Shown here piece after piece: positions 43,301 through 57,039 of a stretch of DNA of 64,000 nucleotides (position 1 is its first letter; each line of letters starts with the position of its first letter). This DNA comes from Octopus vulgaris. Its lineage: Eukaryota. The notes beneath the pieces were generated by a model, which was given only the letters and a program-made list of their open reading frames with translations, was not told the DNA's origin and made no database searches. The stretch lies in contig OX597822.1 in NCBI GenBank assembly GCA_951406725.2, positions 15,314,001-15,378,000 on the forward strand, read 5' to 3'. A program made the translations under genes and the position numbers.

Positions 43301-43559
43301 TTGCAGCCTGGAAGGTGTTTGTAAGCCATTTAAGAAACACACAAAAACCGTTACATTCACTTCAACATTTAAATTTAATTTGCCAAAATATTTTCGTCGC
43401 TTTGAGACCGCGACCTGTTCACTGACAAAAATATCGTGCTAACAGTTCGCGGTCTCAAAGCGACGAAAATATTTTGACAAATTAAATTTAAATGTTGAAG
43501 TGAATCTAACGGTTTTTGTGTGTTTCTTAAATGGCTTATAAACACCTTCAACGCTGCAA
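43301..43559. mobile_element. ~119-bp-arm palindrome containing a hammerhead motif, next to (TA)n
   Basis: Arms 43301-43419 and 43441-43559 are reverse complements. Confidence 0.9.
43379..43429 (-). ncRNA. Hammerhead motif with G3-C8 core variant
   Basis: Minus strand: tttgtca-GTGAACA-g-gtcgc.ggtctcaaa.gcgac-GAA-aatatt-T-tggcaaa; 7-bp stem I, 5-bp stem II, palindromic stem III, UUU triplet. Confidence 0.7.
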
Positions 43560-43721
43560 CTGTTTTCGTTCCAGCACACGATCTCAGATCAAGTCACTTG
43601 CTATGCAAGTACATCTCTGTAACTATATATATATTTATATATATATATATATGTATATTGGTAAAAACAGTAAGATAACAAAAGAAAGAAAGAGACCTCA
43701 ATATTATGTAAATAGAGGAAA

Positions 43722-44114
43722 TCTTTATATATAAAAGTGAGGTTGTGTGTCTGTCTCCTACGATTTAGATTCCTAACTACTCCCACATTTTGCGGTTCAG
43801 TTTAACCAAAACCGGGTATCTTATAGTCGTGATTCATATCGAGACCGTCTGGGTATTAGCGCGCGTCTACGATGAGTCTACAATTTAAAAAAAATTTACC
43901 AGCAATTTTTCCCATTTTTAATCCATTTTTGACATATATAAGGGAAGTAACTCTCTAAAATTTATTATTAAATCTCAGAACGTAAAAAGCTACAGTAACA
44001 CCCCTCCCCCTTTGTGGTTAGCCATTTTGAGATGGCTATTATACTTTACATCTCTAAAAATGCTTATATAATTATTTCCCTTACAAACCCGAGCAACGCC
44101 GGGCGATACTGCTA

Positions 44115-44115
<1 letters not shown>
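43722..44115 (+). mobile_element. Complete non-autonomous Helitron
   Basis: A|TC start (tctttatatataaaag), subterminal GC-rich hairpin cccgagcaacgccggg, CTAG|T end. Confidence 0.9.
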
Positions 44116-44182
<67 letters not shown>

Positions 44183-44183
<1 letters not shown>

Positions 44184-44735
44184 AACCGATAAGGATGAGT
44201 CGATTGTACTCGCTGTTATAATTCAAGTGCCCCTGTCATCGCCCGCCAAAATTCACGGAAACAAATACTACATCCCAAATTAAATGCAGCATAATTACAA
44301 TCAACCGATAAGGATGAAAAATTTGGGTACTAATTTAATAGCACATCTATTTACCACCAAGTGGCTTAGTGCAGTATTTTTTTCCGTGAATTTTGGCGGG
44401 CGATGACAGGGGCACTTGAATTATAACAGCGAGAACAATCGAATCGACCGCACGTGCGTTTATCGTTATGGTGAAGTCTAGCCTGCGATCGGGTAAATTG
44501 TATTCTGGACGGGTTCGGCTGAGGAGCTACAGATAAATTTATGTAAGTAAAACCACATAATTTATTAATAGCGAAACAATTGTCTCGAACTAATCTATAT
44601 TTTGTTATGTTTATTTGCCCTGTTCATTTGCGCTGGTAGTAGTGCTAACTTTCAACGGAAACAATTTCTTTGTGGCTGAAACCTTGCGGATCTATTTTTA
44701 GTGCTAGAGTAGACAACATGGTGGTCACTCTCTTA
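44183..44735 (+). mobile_element. Hammerhead-containing element with an internal ~72-bp inverted repeat, between two (TA)n arrays
   Basis: 44200-44271 mirrors 44370-44442; aaccgataaggatga is repeated at 44184 and 44303; HHR at 44513. Confidence 0.8.
44513..44590 (+). ncRNA. Type I hammerhead ribozyme, canonical core
   Basis: gttcgg-CTGAGGA-gcta..tagc-GAAAC-aatt-GTC-tcgaac; extended stem II. Confidence 0.9.
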
Positions 44736-44795
<60 letters not shown>

Positions 44796-44923
44796 GGAGT
44801 AAACACATAAATGTGAAACGAGGTGGAAAAAAGATCTTATTCTAGCAAAAACTGTCCGACGAACGAGAACGTGAAACTCAGAGTAACAGGTTTTGGTGAA
44901 TTTTTTGCTGCTTTTAAATAAAC

Positions 44924-44964
<41 letters not shown>

Positions 44965-45084
44965 GTGCGTGTGGGTATACATCTACATGCATGCACATAT
45001 ATATGTCTATGTATCTCTCTCACTTACTCTCTTTCTCTCTATATATATGGTATACATACCGCACTATAAAAACATATATATATG

Positions 45085-45330
45085 AAGCCAGGTGGCTTAG
45101 TGGTTAGAGCATTTGGCTCAAGATCGTAAGGCCGTGAGTTCAGTTCCCGGCGACCCGTTGTGCCTTTGAGCAAGACACTTATTTTGACGTTGCTGCAGTC
45201 AACTCAGCTGGCAAAAGTGAGTTGTGTCTGTAATTCAAAGAGAGAGCCATGTGATACTCTGTCTCCCCGAGAACAGCGTTAAGGGTACATGTGTCTGTAG
45301 AGTGCTCAGCCAATTGCATGTAAATTTCAC
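45085..45330 (+). mobile_element. tRNA-derived SINE (same family as 6071)
   Basis: A box tggcttagtggtt, B-box-like gagttcagttcc; body as at 6071. Confidence 0.85.
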
Positions 45331-45981
45331 GGCCATGATTCTCTGTAGCTGTATCGCGTCAGGCGACTTTTCAAATAGTATTCAAATACATGCAAATTAG
45401 ACTGTAGGACTTTATAAAATGTTATTGGCTATTTATTCAATTAATATGCATATACTGACCATACTATTATTGCTTGAGCAAAATGCATACCGTGTTATTG
45501 ACATTCCTATACTGTGTTATTAATATCCATGTTGTACCTCATTATATGAAATCTTTCACGCATTTGTGAATATAACTATCCATACATATCCGTGCGGAAA
45601 TTTGTGTCCGTGAAGCCATGTGCGTGTGTGTGTGTGTGCGAGCGTGTGCCTCCGTGAATATATAAATGTATAGATAGACAGAGGAGGTGGATCCCGGGGA
45701 CAGTGGAAGTCAAATCATAAATCAACATTAAATGCCCGCCAACTGATTCTTCGGTGTCTGTAAGATGGAGGCGAGGAGAGTGAATGTGTTTTTGTATGTA
45801 TCTATAAAACACTTTAGTCGCGTCGCTAAACTCTAATAAACCGCTCAAGTGTGCCGTTGTGTTTTTGCGTATCCGACTCCCACGCGACTGCCTATCTTTT
45901 AATGACTTTATTTAATGAAATATCTTTATCAAAGTAAGAATAGTATCAGGTCGTTGTATGATTGATTGATTGATTGATTGA

Positions 45982-46025
45982 TTCTAGTTTAAGCTTATGA
46001 GCTGTGGCCATGCTGGGGCACCGCT
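45982..46025 (-). mobile_element. ~45-bp LINE/SINE 3' tail followed by (AATC)n
   Basis: gcggtgccccagcatggccacagctc on the minus strand, same motif as 47569 and 48580. Confidence 0.7.
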
Positions 46026-46269
46026 TATCAAAATAATATTTTCTAACTTTTTAATTCTTAAAATACGTGTTTTCTGTATGATTGATCATACGTAGGTCCA
46101 TCGCCTTATAAAAACGAACTGTATCCATTCCGTATCATTGTAAGCTATGAAACCCCGTATGCAACCAGCTACAGGCAATTGACTGATTTTATTAAGGGAG
46201 ATACCCTTTGAAAAGTCACCTTATGAGAAGCTCCTGTACCGAAGGATGCGTATGACCGATGGGAGATAA

Positions 46270-46530
46270 TTGACTTAATCCGTTTGTCTGTCCTTGTTTG
46301 TTCTCTCTGTGTTTAGCCCCTTGTGAGTAGTAAAGAAATAGAAATAGGTATTTCGTCTGCATTTACGCTCTGAGTTCAAATTCCGCCGAGGTCGACTTGG
46401 CCTTTCATCCTTTCGGGGTCGATGAAATAAGTACCAGTTATGCACTGGGATCGATGTAATCGACTTAATCCCTTTGTCTGTCCATGTTTGTCCCCTTTAT
46501 GTTTAGTCCCCTGTCGGCAATAAAAACATA
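46270..46530 (+). mobile_element. Tandem Nin/Deu-domain-like SINE pieces with two Tx1-like tails
   Basis: gacttaatcc.tttgtctgtcc.tgtttgt..tgtttag.ccc..taaa at 46272 and 46462. Confidence 0.85.
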
Positions 46531-47294
46531 AATTAAATCGATACTGTTGATGAAATCACTTGACCTCTGTGAACGTGCTTCAATTAGCATACTTCCATGT
46601 GTACACAAACCTCAAATAATATATATGTGTGCGCGTGTGCGTTTTTATACATATATTACATACTTCTTTCATTCTGCAAAAACCTTGTCAGTGCGAATTT
46701 CAAATTAAGATCTAAAAGAGAAGACTACATTTAGAAATACGTCAAGCAAGAATCTATGAGATCAATATAAGAGCGAGTAGAATGCGTATAATTGTTTCTG
46801 TTCTTATTGTGCCAACGTTCAAAAATACATGAAATTGTATGAGTAGGTTACAGGATAAAAATTGCCAGCCTTTACTTTGGATTTAGGGTTCTAAGACGTG
46901 GCTGCAGTCATTCAAAATTCTTCAAAATTTTCAAACTGACTGCACTTCCAAAGATTATCTCTAATTGTGTTTGCCACTATCTATGTTTCATTCGATATTT
47001 TCGTTTTTAATACATTTTCACTCTGTTTTACTTTCCACAAATTTTAACGCACCATTCGATTAACGCTACTGTGTAGAATTGTGTTGCCTTGTTTTGAAGT
47101 TGAGTTCGTTACAATTCCCATTTACTTTTGGATTCATTCTACCGCAGAATCCCAAATAGATAGCAACAAAAAATAAGATCAGAGTACTTTTTGTAAATGC
47201 CAGTCTTATGAGAGAATGAATATATACATATAAATATATACATATAAATATATACATATAAATATATACATATAGAGTGGTCATATATATATAT

Positions 47295-47331
<37 letters not shown>

Positions 47332-47335
47332 ATCG

Positions 47336-47374
<39 letters not shown>

Positions 47375-47568
47375 ATTAATTTAATTAATTTGTTTACTAA
47401 GTTTGTCGAAACTATGCATAGTCCAGAGATGAAAAGGGTAAATGTTTTTATTTCTCTTCCAATTTCAGAATTACAACTATTTAGCGGTTTGAGTTTGGCT
47501 GCACTTTCTAGTGAGTCGAATGGCCTATCAGGGCCATTCCTTATATTGTTGTTGTATATATATATATA

Positions 47569-47625
47569 TGGCGGTGCCCCAGCATGGCCACAGCTCGTGA
47601 GCTGAAACTAGATAAAATAAAAAAA
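47569..47625 (+). mobile_element. Very short LINE/SINE 3' tail within (TA)n
   Basis: ggcggtgccccagcatggccacagctcgtgagctgaaactag followed by an A-rich run. Confidence 0.7.
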
Positions 47626-47627
47626 TA

Positions 47628-47689
<62 letters not shown>

Positions 47690-48248
47690 CATAAATACAT
47701 GTATGCATTATAGGTTAAGCGTTTATTTCAATACTTTTTATTAAAATATATACTGATAATATAAGTATGTCTTGAATTAATGAAAATATTGTGAGAAAAT
47801 TTATTTTTTTAATCAGTAAGACACTTCAACAAAATATTATGTGAGCTCCAGTATAAAATAATTGGGAATTCTTACGTTTTGGGTAAAAATTAGGTGGTAA
47901 CGAAATAAAACACGCCAGCACAATCGTGAATGAAAAGAATACTTGATATATTAGCACCTGTTATATAAGTTTCAAGAATATTCTTTAGAATAGAAGTTTG
48001 ACATCTCCTCCGGAATCTGTGGCTCATCACCACTCCAAATAAAGTTTTTAATTAGGCAAACTTCTGTGAATATAATTCCTATAGCCTAACAGGCGCCATT
48101 CATATATGTATGTATATATAGTGATGTATCTATACTATCTATATGTATGTGTGTGTGTACATATATGGAAATGTATGGATATGAATATATACATAGTATA
48201 TACACATACATGCGTGTGCGCATTTGAGTATGTAAGCACGCCCGTGTT

Positions 48249-48304
<56 letters not shown>

Positions 48305-48508
48305 TCTATATATACATACATATATATACATACGTGTGTAAATATATATGTATACGTGTGTAAATATATATATGTATACGTGTGTAAATATATATGTATA
48401 CGTGTATAAATATATATGTACGTGTATAAATATATGTATATATATATACACGTGTATATATATATATATATATATGTGTGTGTATAAATATATTTATATG
48501 CGTGTATA

Positions 48509-48552
<44 letters not shown>

Positions 48553-48579
48553 GTGAATAAATATATAAATGCTTAAAAA

Positions 48580-49320
48580 TGTTTCAACCCGAAAGCTGCG
48601 GCCATGCTGGGGCACCACCGTTGACTGTGCTACACTAGTATGTGAAACCACCTCTGATACGTGGCACTTGGTCAACAAGGGAGTTCGACTCCACTGCCCG
48701 CATCTGTGTTTCCTGCCAAGAGGTAGGTTCATCTGGAACCCCGGACAAGAAGAGATCCAGTTACGTTTTAAAGAAACCCACATCCACACCAGGTCGCTCA
48801 GGCATTTAGGAAGGATATTGAAGAACTGTGGTCCCCTGAAAACCAAGCTGTTGCAGTATCTGATCTTGTATTTTGATGGTGATGTTGGGATCTTTCAATG
48901 CCAAATTTCGGGACAAGGCCCCCCAGCAATTTCCAGATGTATATCACTGCATATCTCTCCCGCCTTCGCTCCAGGGAGAAGAGTTTTAATACTTTCAGTA
49001 TTTTCCAGTAGCTGATATGCTGCATTGAAACGATGTTGTTAGTGTAGCTTCGTTAGGCTGCTTCGAGTTCTGTTGTTAACTTTATATTGTGTGGTGACCA
49101 TAGTTGAGAGCAACAGTCCAAGCGGCTGAGGACGAGTGTCTTCCAAAGGACCACCAGTGTCTCCTCTTGTTCACAAAGTTAGGATAATCCATCCAGCTTG
49201 CTGTCTGCATTTTATTACCAAATTGGCAATACGCACTTGGAAAGATGCATCATTGCTCATGTATTTACCCAGGTCATGCACTAAGGATTTTTCAGTGAAA
49301 ATTGGTGGACACACCTGAAA
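48580..49320 (-). mobile_element. 5'-truncated CR1/L2-group LINE (RT C-terminus plus 3' tail)
   Basis: VHDLGKYMSNDASF, SYWKILKVLKLFSLERRRERYAVIYIWK and [12 protein letters not shown]; tail ggtgccccagcatggccgcagc. Confidence 0.9.
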
Positions 49321-50270
49321 GGAAGTATGTAGTTTGTGCAGATGTATATCCAGACATATATAAACACATTCATACATATACATACATATTTAAGTGCGTG
49401 TGTGTGGTTCAAATTTACAGCAAAGAGAGGTGAGAAAGCAAATAGCAAGCGTATCAGTTTGACGCTCCGGAAGAATGGAAAATTCTTTGACGTTTCGACA
49501 GAAAGAGATGAAAGGAAAAAATAGTATATAATAGCGCCGACGTCAACCTTGCATTTTACACTAACCGAGTCGATGAAATAAAAACCAGCAGGTTACATTG
49601 TCGATGCCAACCCTTTCTTGAAACCACTGGATTTTTTATTAAAATTAGAAAGAATTATTATTATTATTATTATTAGAAAATATTATTCTCTCTAGATAAC
49701 AATTCTTCGAATGCAGTCATAGTTGTCATTCAAGGTTTTTGAATATATTTGAAAGTCTGCTACGTATTTGATCAATCTAGCTCTCAACCTACTATGTTAT
49801 GAGAGGCTGTAAACTTGAACACATGGAACGCAGAAACACAAAACATGTTCATATAATATAGTCAATATAGAGATATATGTCGGACAGAACTATTTACTAG
49901 ATTAATTATGAAACGGACAAAGCCACGCAACACCACGTAAACAAGTTTAGAGATTTCTGTGCCGACCAGAAATAATATTGTTCAACATAATCAAATAATT
50001 AGCAATACAACTCGAATCAATTATGTATTTAATATAGTTTGTATTGATTAGTAACAGAGGACTAGAAGTTTATGCCGTCAGGAAAATGAAAACAAGCCGT
50101 TAGACAGCAATTACAGGACAATCTATTAGAGGCGTCATTTAGCATTATATTTGGTGGCGTGTTAGAAAGACAGACAGGTCGTTTACTGGAAGTTCAAAAG
50201 TTTGCTATGAGAGCCATTTTCCGAAAAAAAAGATAGAATTACTGATAAAAAGAAAAAAGAAAAAAAGACT

Positions 50271-50545
50271 AGCACTCCGTCAGTTACGACGATGAGTGTT
50301 CCAGTTGAGTCGATCAACGAAGCAGAGAGGTCGGAAACTTAACGTGCAAATGTACTGAGCCACAGGTATAATGGTGAAGGAAACCCAGCCTGGCACAGAA
50401 TGGGATAAGGCTGTTCTTTTGAAACACAGGTGCTACTTATTTTTGTCAGCTGATTGGACTGCAGCATCATAATATAAGGATACAACGTGCTGCCGGGGCT
50501 CGAACTCACGATTGCCAAATACTCTAACTACAGAGCCACGAATCT
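50271..50545 (-). mobile_element. Degenerate SINE (same family as 6071)
   Basis: gcactccgtc.gttacgacga.gag..ttccagttga matches the tail at 33671; B-box remnant gggctcgaactc. Confidence 0.7.
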
Positions 50546-50789
50546 TCATGTTGCTGACGTTGTGAAATATATCTGCTCTTTACGAGTATTGTTAACACTT
50601 TCCAACGAATGGTCACGTGTAAGAAATATATTTATGAGAGACCAAGCCTTTGCAGGCAAATACGGAAATGTAATTACTAAATCTAGAAATGAAGATTATC
50701 ATTGATTCGAGTGTTTGCAAGTTGAAATGTAAAAATACTGACTGCTTTAGGATTTCAGTTAAAATTCGATTCCATGGGTGAAGAATAAT

Positions 50790-51100
50790 CTCGAAAAATG
50801 CATGAATGTCATATGGGACAGCATTTCTCGAGTTGTATTAGTAAAGCGCATGGCGCCATTCAGGAAATCAGATGTAGTGATTATCGATACAATCAGTAAA
50901 AAATCCAAATGGATTATTTTCTCTGCTATAAATAAGAGTGTCTATAGTTTGAAAGGAATATATTTGGAAATGCAAGTTTGGTATCAAGAATGCAAGAATG
51001 AACATATAACATATTAAGGAACGATATAATAATGAATAGTGATTGTAGGAAATAATATTGACTCGTCACATTGGAATAACATCACGCATTTCGGTGTGCG
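50790..51100 (+). mobile_element. Possible decayed REL-endonuclease remnant (R4-like)
   Basis: NVIWD..RKSDVVIIDTISKKSKWII resembles ILWD..RPDIVII.K..CWIID. Confidence 0.45.
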
Positions 51101-52100
51101 TGCAGTTGATTCATGAAACAATAGCATGTAGCTAGTATTTTGCGTTCATGATCCCTGGAGGAATGAAGAGCAAAGTCGAGCATAGATACAATTAGGGCAG
51201 TTCATTTGTTTTTTTCTGATTTGGTAGTATGGCTATAGCAATAAATAATAAAAAATTATGCGACAAATCTTTTAGCACAAATTGAAAAATATGCAACGCT
51301 TGCAGCTCGATATATAGCGAAGATTGCTGATGGGAGTAAATCTCACGTATGAAGAATTATTTGAATCGTGCAAGGAAGAAATCTTTAAATACATACTTCA
51401 GAGTGAAACAGATACTTCAGAGAATAACTGAAAGCCGCGTAATATTAAGTTTCTCTTAATAATATATTCTATATAATGATGTATTGAACAAATTTTAAAA
51501 TTAAACATACTGCTATATAAGTTTTACTCCGTGAAAACGCAATTAACGTTCAAGCAAGTTTAGTACAAGAATCCTTTCATAGATATCTGAGAATGTAGGT
51601 CGCACTGCCTTGACGGTGACACTTTATTTAGAGGTTTGCACTTGTTTGGTGCAAGCTTTAAGTCGTAAATAATATACATATAGAGATTTCGCTATTCAAA
51701 TACATTGTAGAAAATACTTGGTTGTGGAATATATAGATATGCGCATGTATGTGTGTGTGTGTGTGCGTGTGCATACGTGTAGTGTATGAGTGAGTTTATT
51801 AGCCTTAAAGAAAAATGTTGACAGTGGCCTCGCAGTTTCCGTCATTGGCGGACGAGTATCCACCACCGGGGATGGCCATGAAGGGGTTGAAACCGTACGG
51901 TCGGGTGGTTTCGTGGCTGGATGTTGGTATAGGTTTACTCCCTCTGTTTGCAATATACATCGGGTGCAGATAGTGTCGAATAACCAGCTGGTGAAAGCGT
52001 GCCCTTGGGGTTAAAATAGTTGTTGCGTCGTTTTCTACGATACCGCCATTTTTTAAGTGGGGATAAGAGTTACTGCTTTCATCTTCTATAGAAATGTTCT

Positions 52101-52139
<39 letters not shown>

Positions 52140-52334
52140 CAGTCATGGTTCCTATGTTAAATTCTATAAATAATGCTAAGTGAAATTTCAGCTTCAATAC
52201 TCGCGTTGGAATATGCATTTCTGATGGGCATTTAGGCCCTTACAACATATTCATTACTTTGTAGATGTACCACTCTTCTCCTAGAGAGAATTCCCCTAAA
52301 GATAATCCCTAAAGATATCGGCCTAAACTGTTTT

Positions 52335-52965
52335 ATATTCATTGCATTGACCTCCTTCTGCCTTACACCACTCCTCTACTAGAGTCTCTTTGCACCACAG
52401 CTGTCTGAATAGTACAAAGAGCTTCTTTCGTAGACGATTGCTATATTTGTAAACTTTATACGAGACGCCATCACCTCCTGGGGTAATCGTTGCTCTGGCT
52501 TTTCTCACGAAACCATTCACCTCTTTCTTTCTGATGTCCCCAATTTGAAATTCAATATCAGGTTCTAAGAGATGCTTCAGCCCATTTCTAGATGGCAGTG
52601 GCTGATTAAGGCTTGAATCGCTGTAGGTTTCTTTGATATGAGAATCCAAATCTTCTTTTGTGCACGATAAAGTACCACTCTTCGGTTCAGAGAACAGCTT
52701 CTTGGTTACTCCGTACGAGTCCTTCAGAAACTGTTCACGAGTCCTTTTACTTTCTTTTATTTGCTCATATCGGCGGATATGTCGTTGCACATAACGGAAT
52801 TTCATTTTTAAATCTTCGCATAGCTGTACGAGTTCCGGATTTTCGTCTCCCTCAGCACAATATCCATTGCTTTCTTAGGTTGTATTTTTTTCCTTCTTTA
52901 ACTGTTTCATTTTCCTGATTCTCCTGCTTGGTTCACACGTTCCTTTTCCTAATCGCATACCATAT
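52335..52965 (-). mobile_element. Hero-like (R2 group) non-LTR retrotransposon fragment
   Basis: ORF 52323-52805: FLKDSYGVTKKLFSEPKSGTL..ETYSD..VRKARATITPGGDGVSYKVYK..WCKAEG, the typical pre-RT region. Confidence 0.75.
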
Positions 52966-52980
52966 TCTTTAAATAAAGTT

Positions 52981-53031
<51 letters not shown>

Positions 53032-53204
53032 TATCTCCTTAACAACTTTAATGGAACGAAATCATGTGCAAAGTTTACCAAAGAAATACCATATGAATGT
53101 CTTCGAATTTGGTATATTTAGCGTCTTCCTACTTTTACACTTAACATATTCTTCTGGCATCACTTGATTCAGCTTGCAACATCAATCTTACTACCACATG
53201 TGTG

Positions 53205-53218
53205 TGTGAATATACATA

Positions 53219-53300
<82 letters not shown>

Positions 53301-53471
53301 CATATATATATATACATATATTATATATATATATATATATATATACATTCATGTATATATGTGTATATATATATATGTACATACATGTATATATGTATAT
53401 ATATATACATATATATACATACATGTATATATATGTATATAAATACATACACACATATATACATACACGTA

Positions 53472-53515
<44 letters not shown>

Positions 53516-53549
53516 CATACACACACATATATACATACATGTATATATG

Positions 53550-53580
<31 letters not shown>

Positions 53581-53600
53581 TCAGTAACACACATATATAC
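53205..53600. repeat. Compound (TA)n/(TACA)n low-complexity tract
   Basis: Directly visible. Confidence 0.95.
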
Positions 53601-56600
53601 ACATCTTTATGATATTAAGCATACCATATTCAGTCGGTGACGATGATAAGTAAGAACGGTCTTGGCGTGTATTATTGAAAGCATTCTTAGTAGTTACAGA
53701 TGTAGATGGAAAAGAACATATTTATTCGTTGATCTATTACATTATTCATTTTGGTACTGTTCTTTGTGTTCTTTGTTTTTAATTAGAAAGCTGTAAAATT
53801 GTGAGAAAACTCAGTATCACTTTATAATTAGACTGGTGTTAGTGACATGGTATGTGTTTATAATGAAAGATGCAATTTTATAGAATAGTAATGACATTTG
53901 GAAAATATCTGGTATCGACTGCAAAAATTACATTCTGCATTGTGTTATATAACAATACACTGCTATACCTCACATAGTCATGAAGCAGGAAATTAGTATT
54001 TGCAACACATATGTAACAGTAGAAAGGATAGGTGTGATTATAGTTTCATTATACGCCAGCATAATATGATGGTTGAAAGCAACCATAATTATCTGCTGTG
54101 TATATTATAATATGCCATGAGAATCTTCCAGCAACAGTAGCAGTATGATAGATTTTGAGTAAGCTGTGTAAATATCATAATTGTACGACAGACAGTTATT
54201 AATGATAATGAAGCTAGCTATCAGAATAGGACGCGTTTCACATGAAGCTATTTAATGTAGAATATAGCAATGCATATGATACATATGTACGAAACATATC
54301 CAATTGTGAATGAATGTTTAATATCATTAAAGGGTATAGGTGGCAGAAGAAGTCTGAAACTCATAATTAATGGTCATATAATACACGAAGTGGAATAAGC
54401 GTTTAAGAGATACCTATCAACTATTTGCCTTCCTTATCCTCACCTAGAACACTAATAAATTTCTGTATTTCTCTTATTAGTAATGACGTGATCTACTGCT
54501 TCTTAATCGATGAAACATCCCAGTAGAATCAAATCTATATCAGTCAATATCGTTCTAATAATTTCTTCCTATCCCACTGTACCTCTATGACTTTAATGTA
54601 AACGTTGTCTTTCTAGAATTGTCCATTGAAGTGCTACAGTTACCTGGTATCACATATTTTATAGACTGGGTCAACGACGAATATCAAATACGTATACTTG
54701 ACAATAAAACACATTTTATGTCAGGAAATTGCAGAGAACTGTAAAGTTTCGGGCAGATCTCATAATCGAAGAGGAAAACAATTCCTTCCACGCATAAGAA
54801 AGAGCACTGCCTGTGTCTCTCTTCGGGAACCCTATGAAGAGTACACGAAATAGAAGAGGTTGATCGATTCTAACATAGCGGAGACGTAGCCTTAGAGTTA
54901 CTACGCCAACGAAGGGAAGCATAACTGCAATTAAAACCAAATGATTGTAAAAATCTGTCACGGAACTTTGTTCCTTCAATTTTGTAGAAGTTAAAATGTT
55001 ATAACAGAAAGCATAAATAACAGCAAGGTATAAATTTGCATTCGTGTTCTCATTAAAATTCTTATCGCTTATTTTTTCTTTTTCTTTCTCTTTTTTTGTG
55101 TTAATCATTGTCCACTTTGCATGCGTAAATGTATGTTGACATTTTCTGAGTGCAACCAGTCAATTAACGATGATCTTTCTCTAGAGTTTTCCTGCGAAAA
55201 TATACCATTCAAGTGATATAGTTATTCACCAAAGCTTTCTTCTCAGACCATTTCTGAGTGTAATTAGCTACTTTTTATTGTTACCCTCCATCTCAATTCG
55301 TAACAAGTGCAAGGTTTGATTGAAGTAAACCAAACCAAAGAACTTGTATATGTCTCTCTACTTAGCGAACAACGCTGGTCAGAACTTATTTGTCTGTCTA
55401 TTGCAAGTGTCGCATCGAAACGCTACTGACTTTCTCTGGTTTTTGTTGGTTATTCCACCTTCTAAAGGACACCTCAAGATATTTTATTTCACAGATGCTA
55501 CTACTGGCATTAGCGTATATCTTTCTTTCCTCTATCTTTGAATTATTTTGCGTATGACAATGAATCGATCACATTAGAATTTACTCTTGGTGAGAATGCT
55601 TGGAGGTGAAAAACGGGAATCATTATGGGAGGTATGTTACGAAAACGGAGGAAAAGCGCCCTCTACAAAAATGCTAATGACCGTCATGAAAGGGTACTTC
55701 TATGTCGTGTTGTAATTCACCCTCCCAATTAAATTACAAGTACAAACCACGCTGCCATTGACGGTGGCTTCTTTTCTGATTTGGTTTGTGTTTCTATTCT
55801 ACCCGTTTCTGGTGACAATGAAACAAAATCAATTAGTTAATGAATAGCTCCAAGCTATAGGAATTTTAGTAGCGATAACCTATCAGATTTGATGAATTAC
55901 TTCTATTTACTAAAACATTATAATATATTATAATACTGAATCTATTTAATGCTGGTAGTTTGTTTCTTTCTTAAGCATCATTAGTGTTTATCACATTCGT
56001 AACAAAAAGAATTCGAAAGTAATTTTCAGTCATATATAGAGTCGTTCCAAAAGGCTATAATGATTTTGTATAAATTTATCTCGTTGTAAAATAATAAACT
56101 AGAATTAAAGAGAAATATTCATTGTCCACGTCTGTTAAAAATCCGTTTTGTATAATGTACATAATATATTGTGCGCGGGGAGAGAATGTAATTCTAACAT
56201 TATTCAATTTATAATTATATATTCATTGTACATCCTAACTCTATATTCTTACTAAAGCATCATGTTTGGTAATTGCTAACAGAAATAAACATAATAGACT
56301 TAACAGAAGCTGTCAAATAAGCTGAAGGATAGTCTTTTATGAAGTAAAACAGAATCATCTTTTGCAGGAAACCATCTAAATAATTCCCTTGATTCAATGA
56401 TTTTTTTTTTTCTGTTCATCTCGACATTTGAGAGAAAATAGTTACGAATGACCTTATGGAAATTGTTTGGTTTTCAATCTCAGAGATTCAAGAATAGCAA
56501 GCGATTGTCATTCGGTTACTGGCAGTTAATAAATTCCCAAATAAATCAAAGTAAAATGTATAATATCATGCAATAAAATATATTTCGAAATTGAATTAGG

Positions 56601-57039
56601 CAACAGACCAAACATAATCATATTTTACGAGAGGAGAATATGAATCGAAAATTCTTGAATAATATGTCGTCCGAAACAAAAATATCTATCAAAAGAAGGC
56701 GAAAGTAAAGCGAAATAATTTGCAAGACATATACATCGTTGCCAGATCATATGGACCTATAACCAGAATACAAAAGATACGTAATATAACTGGAAAAGAA
56801 CGTCACAGAAATAAAAACTCCTGAATTTTATGAGTCTATAACTTTACACTTTATGTATCACAGCGTAAAATTTTATAATTTCTATTAGATACAGTCTGTC
56901 TAGCACAATTATACACTCTACAAACACTCAAACAAATGTAAATATATATCATTCATAGAAAACACGACTCTGTTCTAGTTTAATTTATTTCATCCAGTTA
57001 TTTCTATTCTGCTAAGAAGTCCTTGGGGTATGTGCGGTA

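Noticed and set aside
54225-54255. Minus-strand aatag..GAAAC-GC-GTC-ctatt resembling an HHR
   Set aside because: No CUGANGA-like strand or stem II; may be chance.
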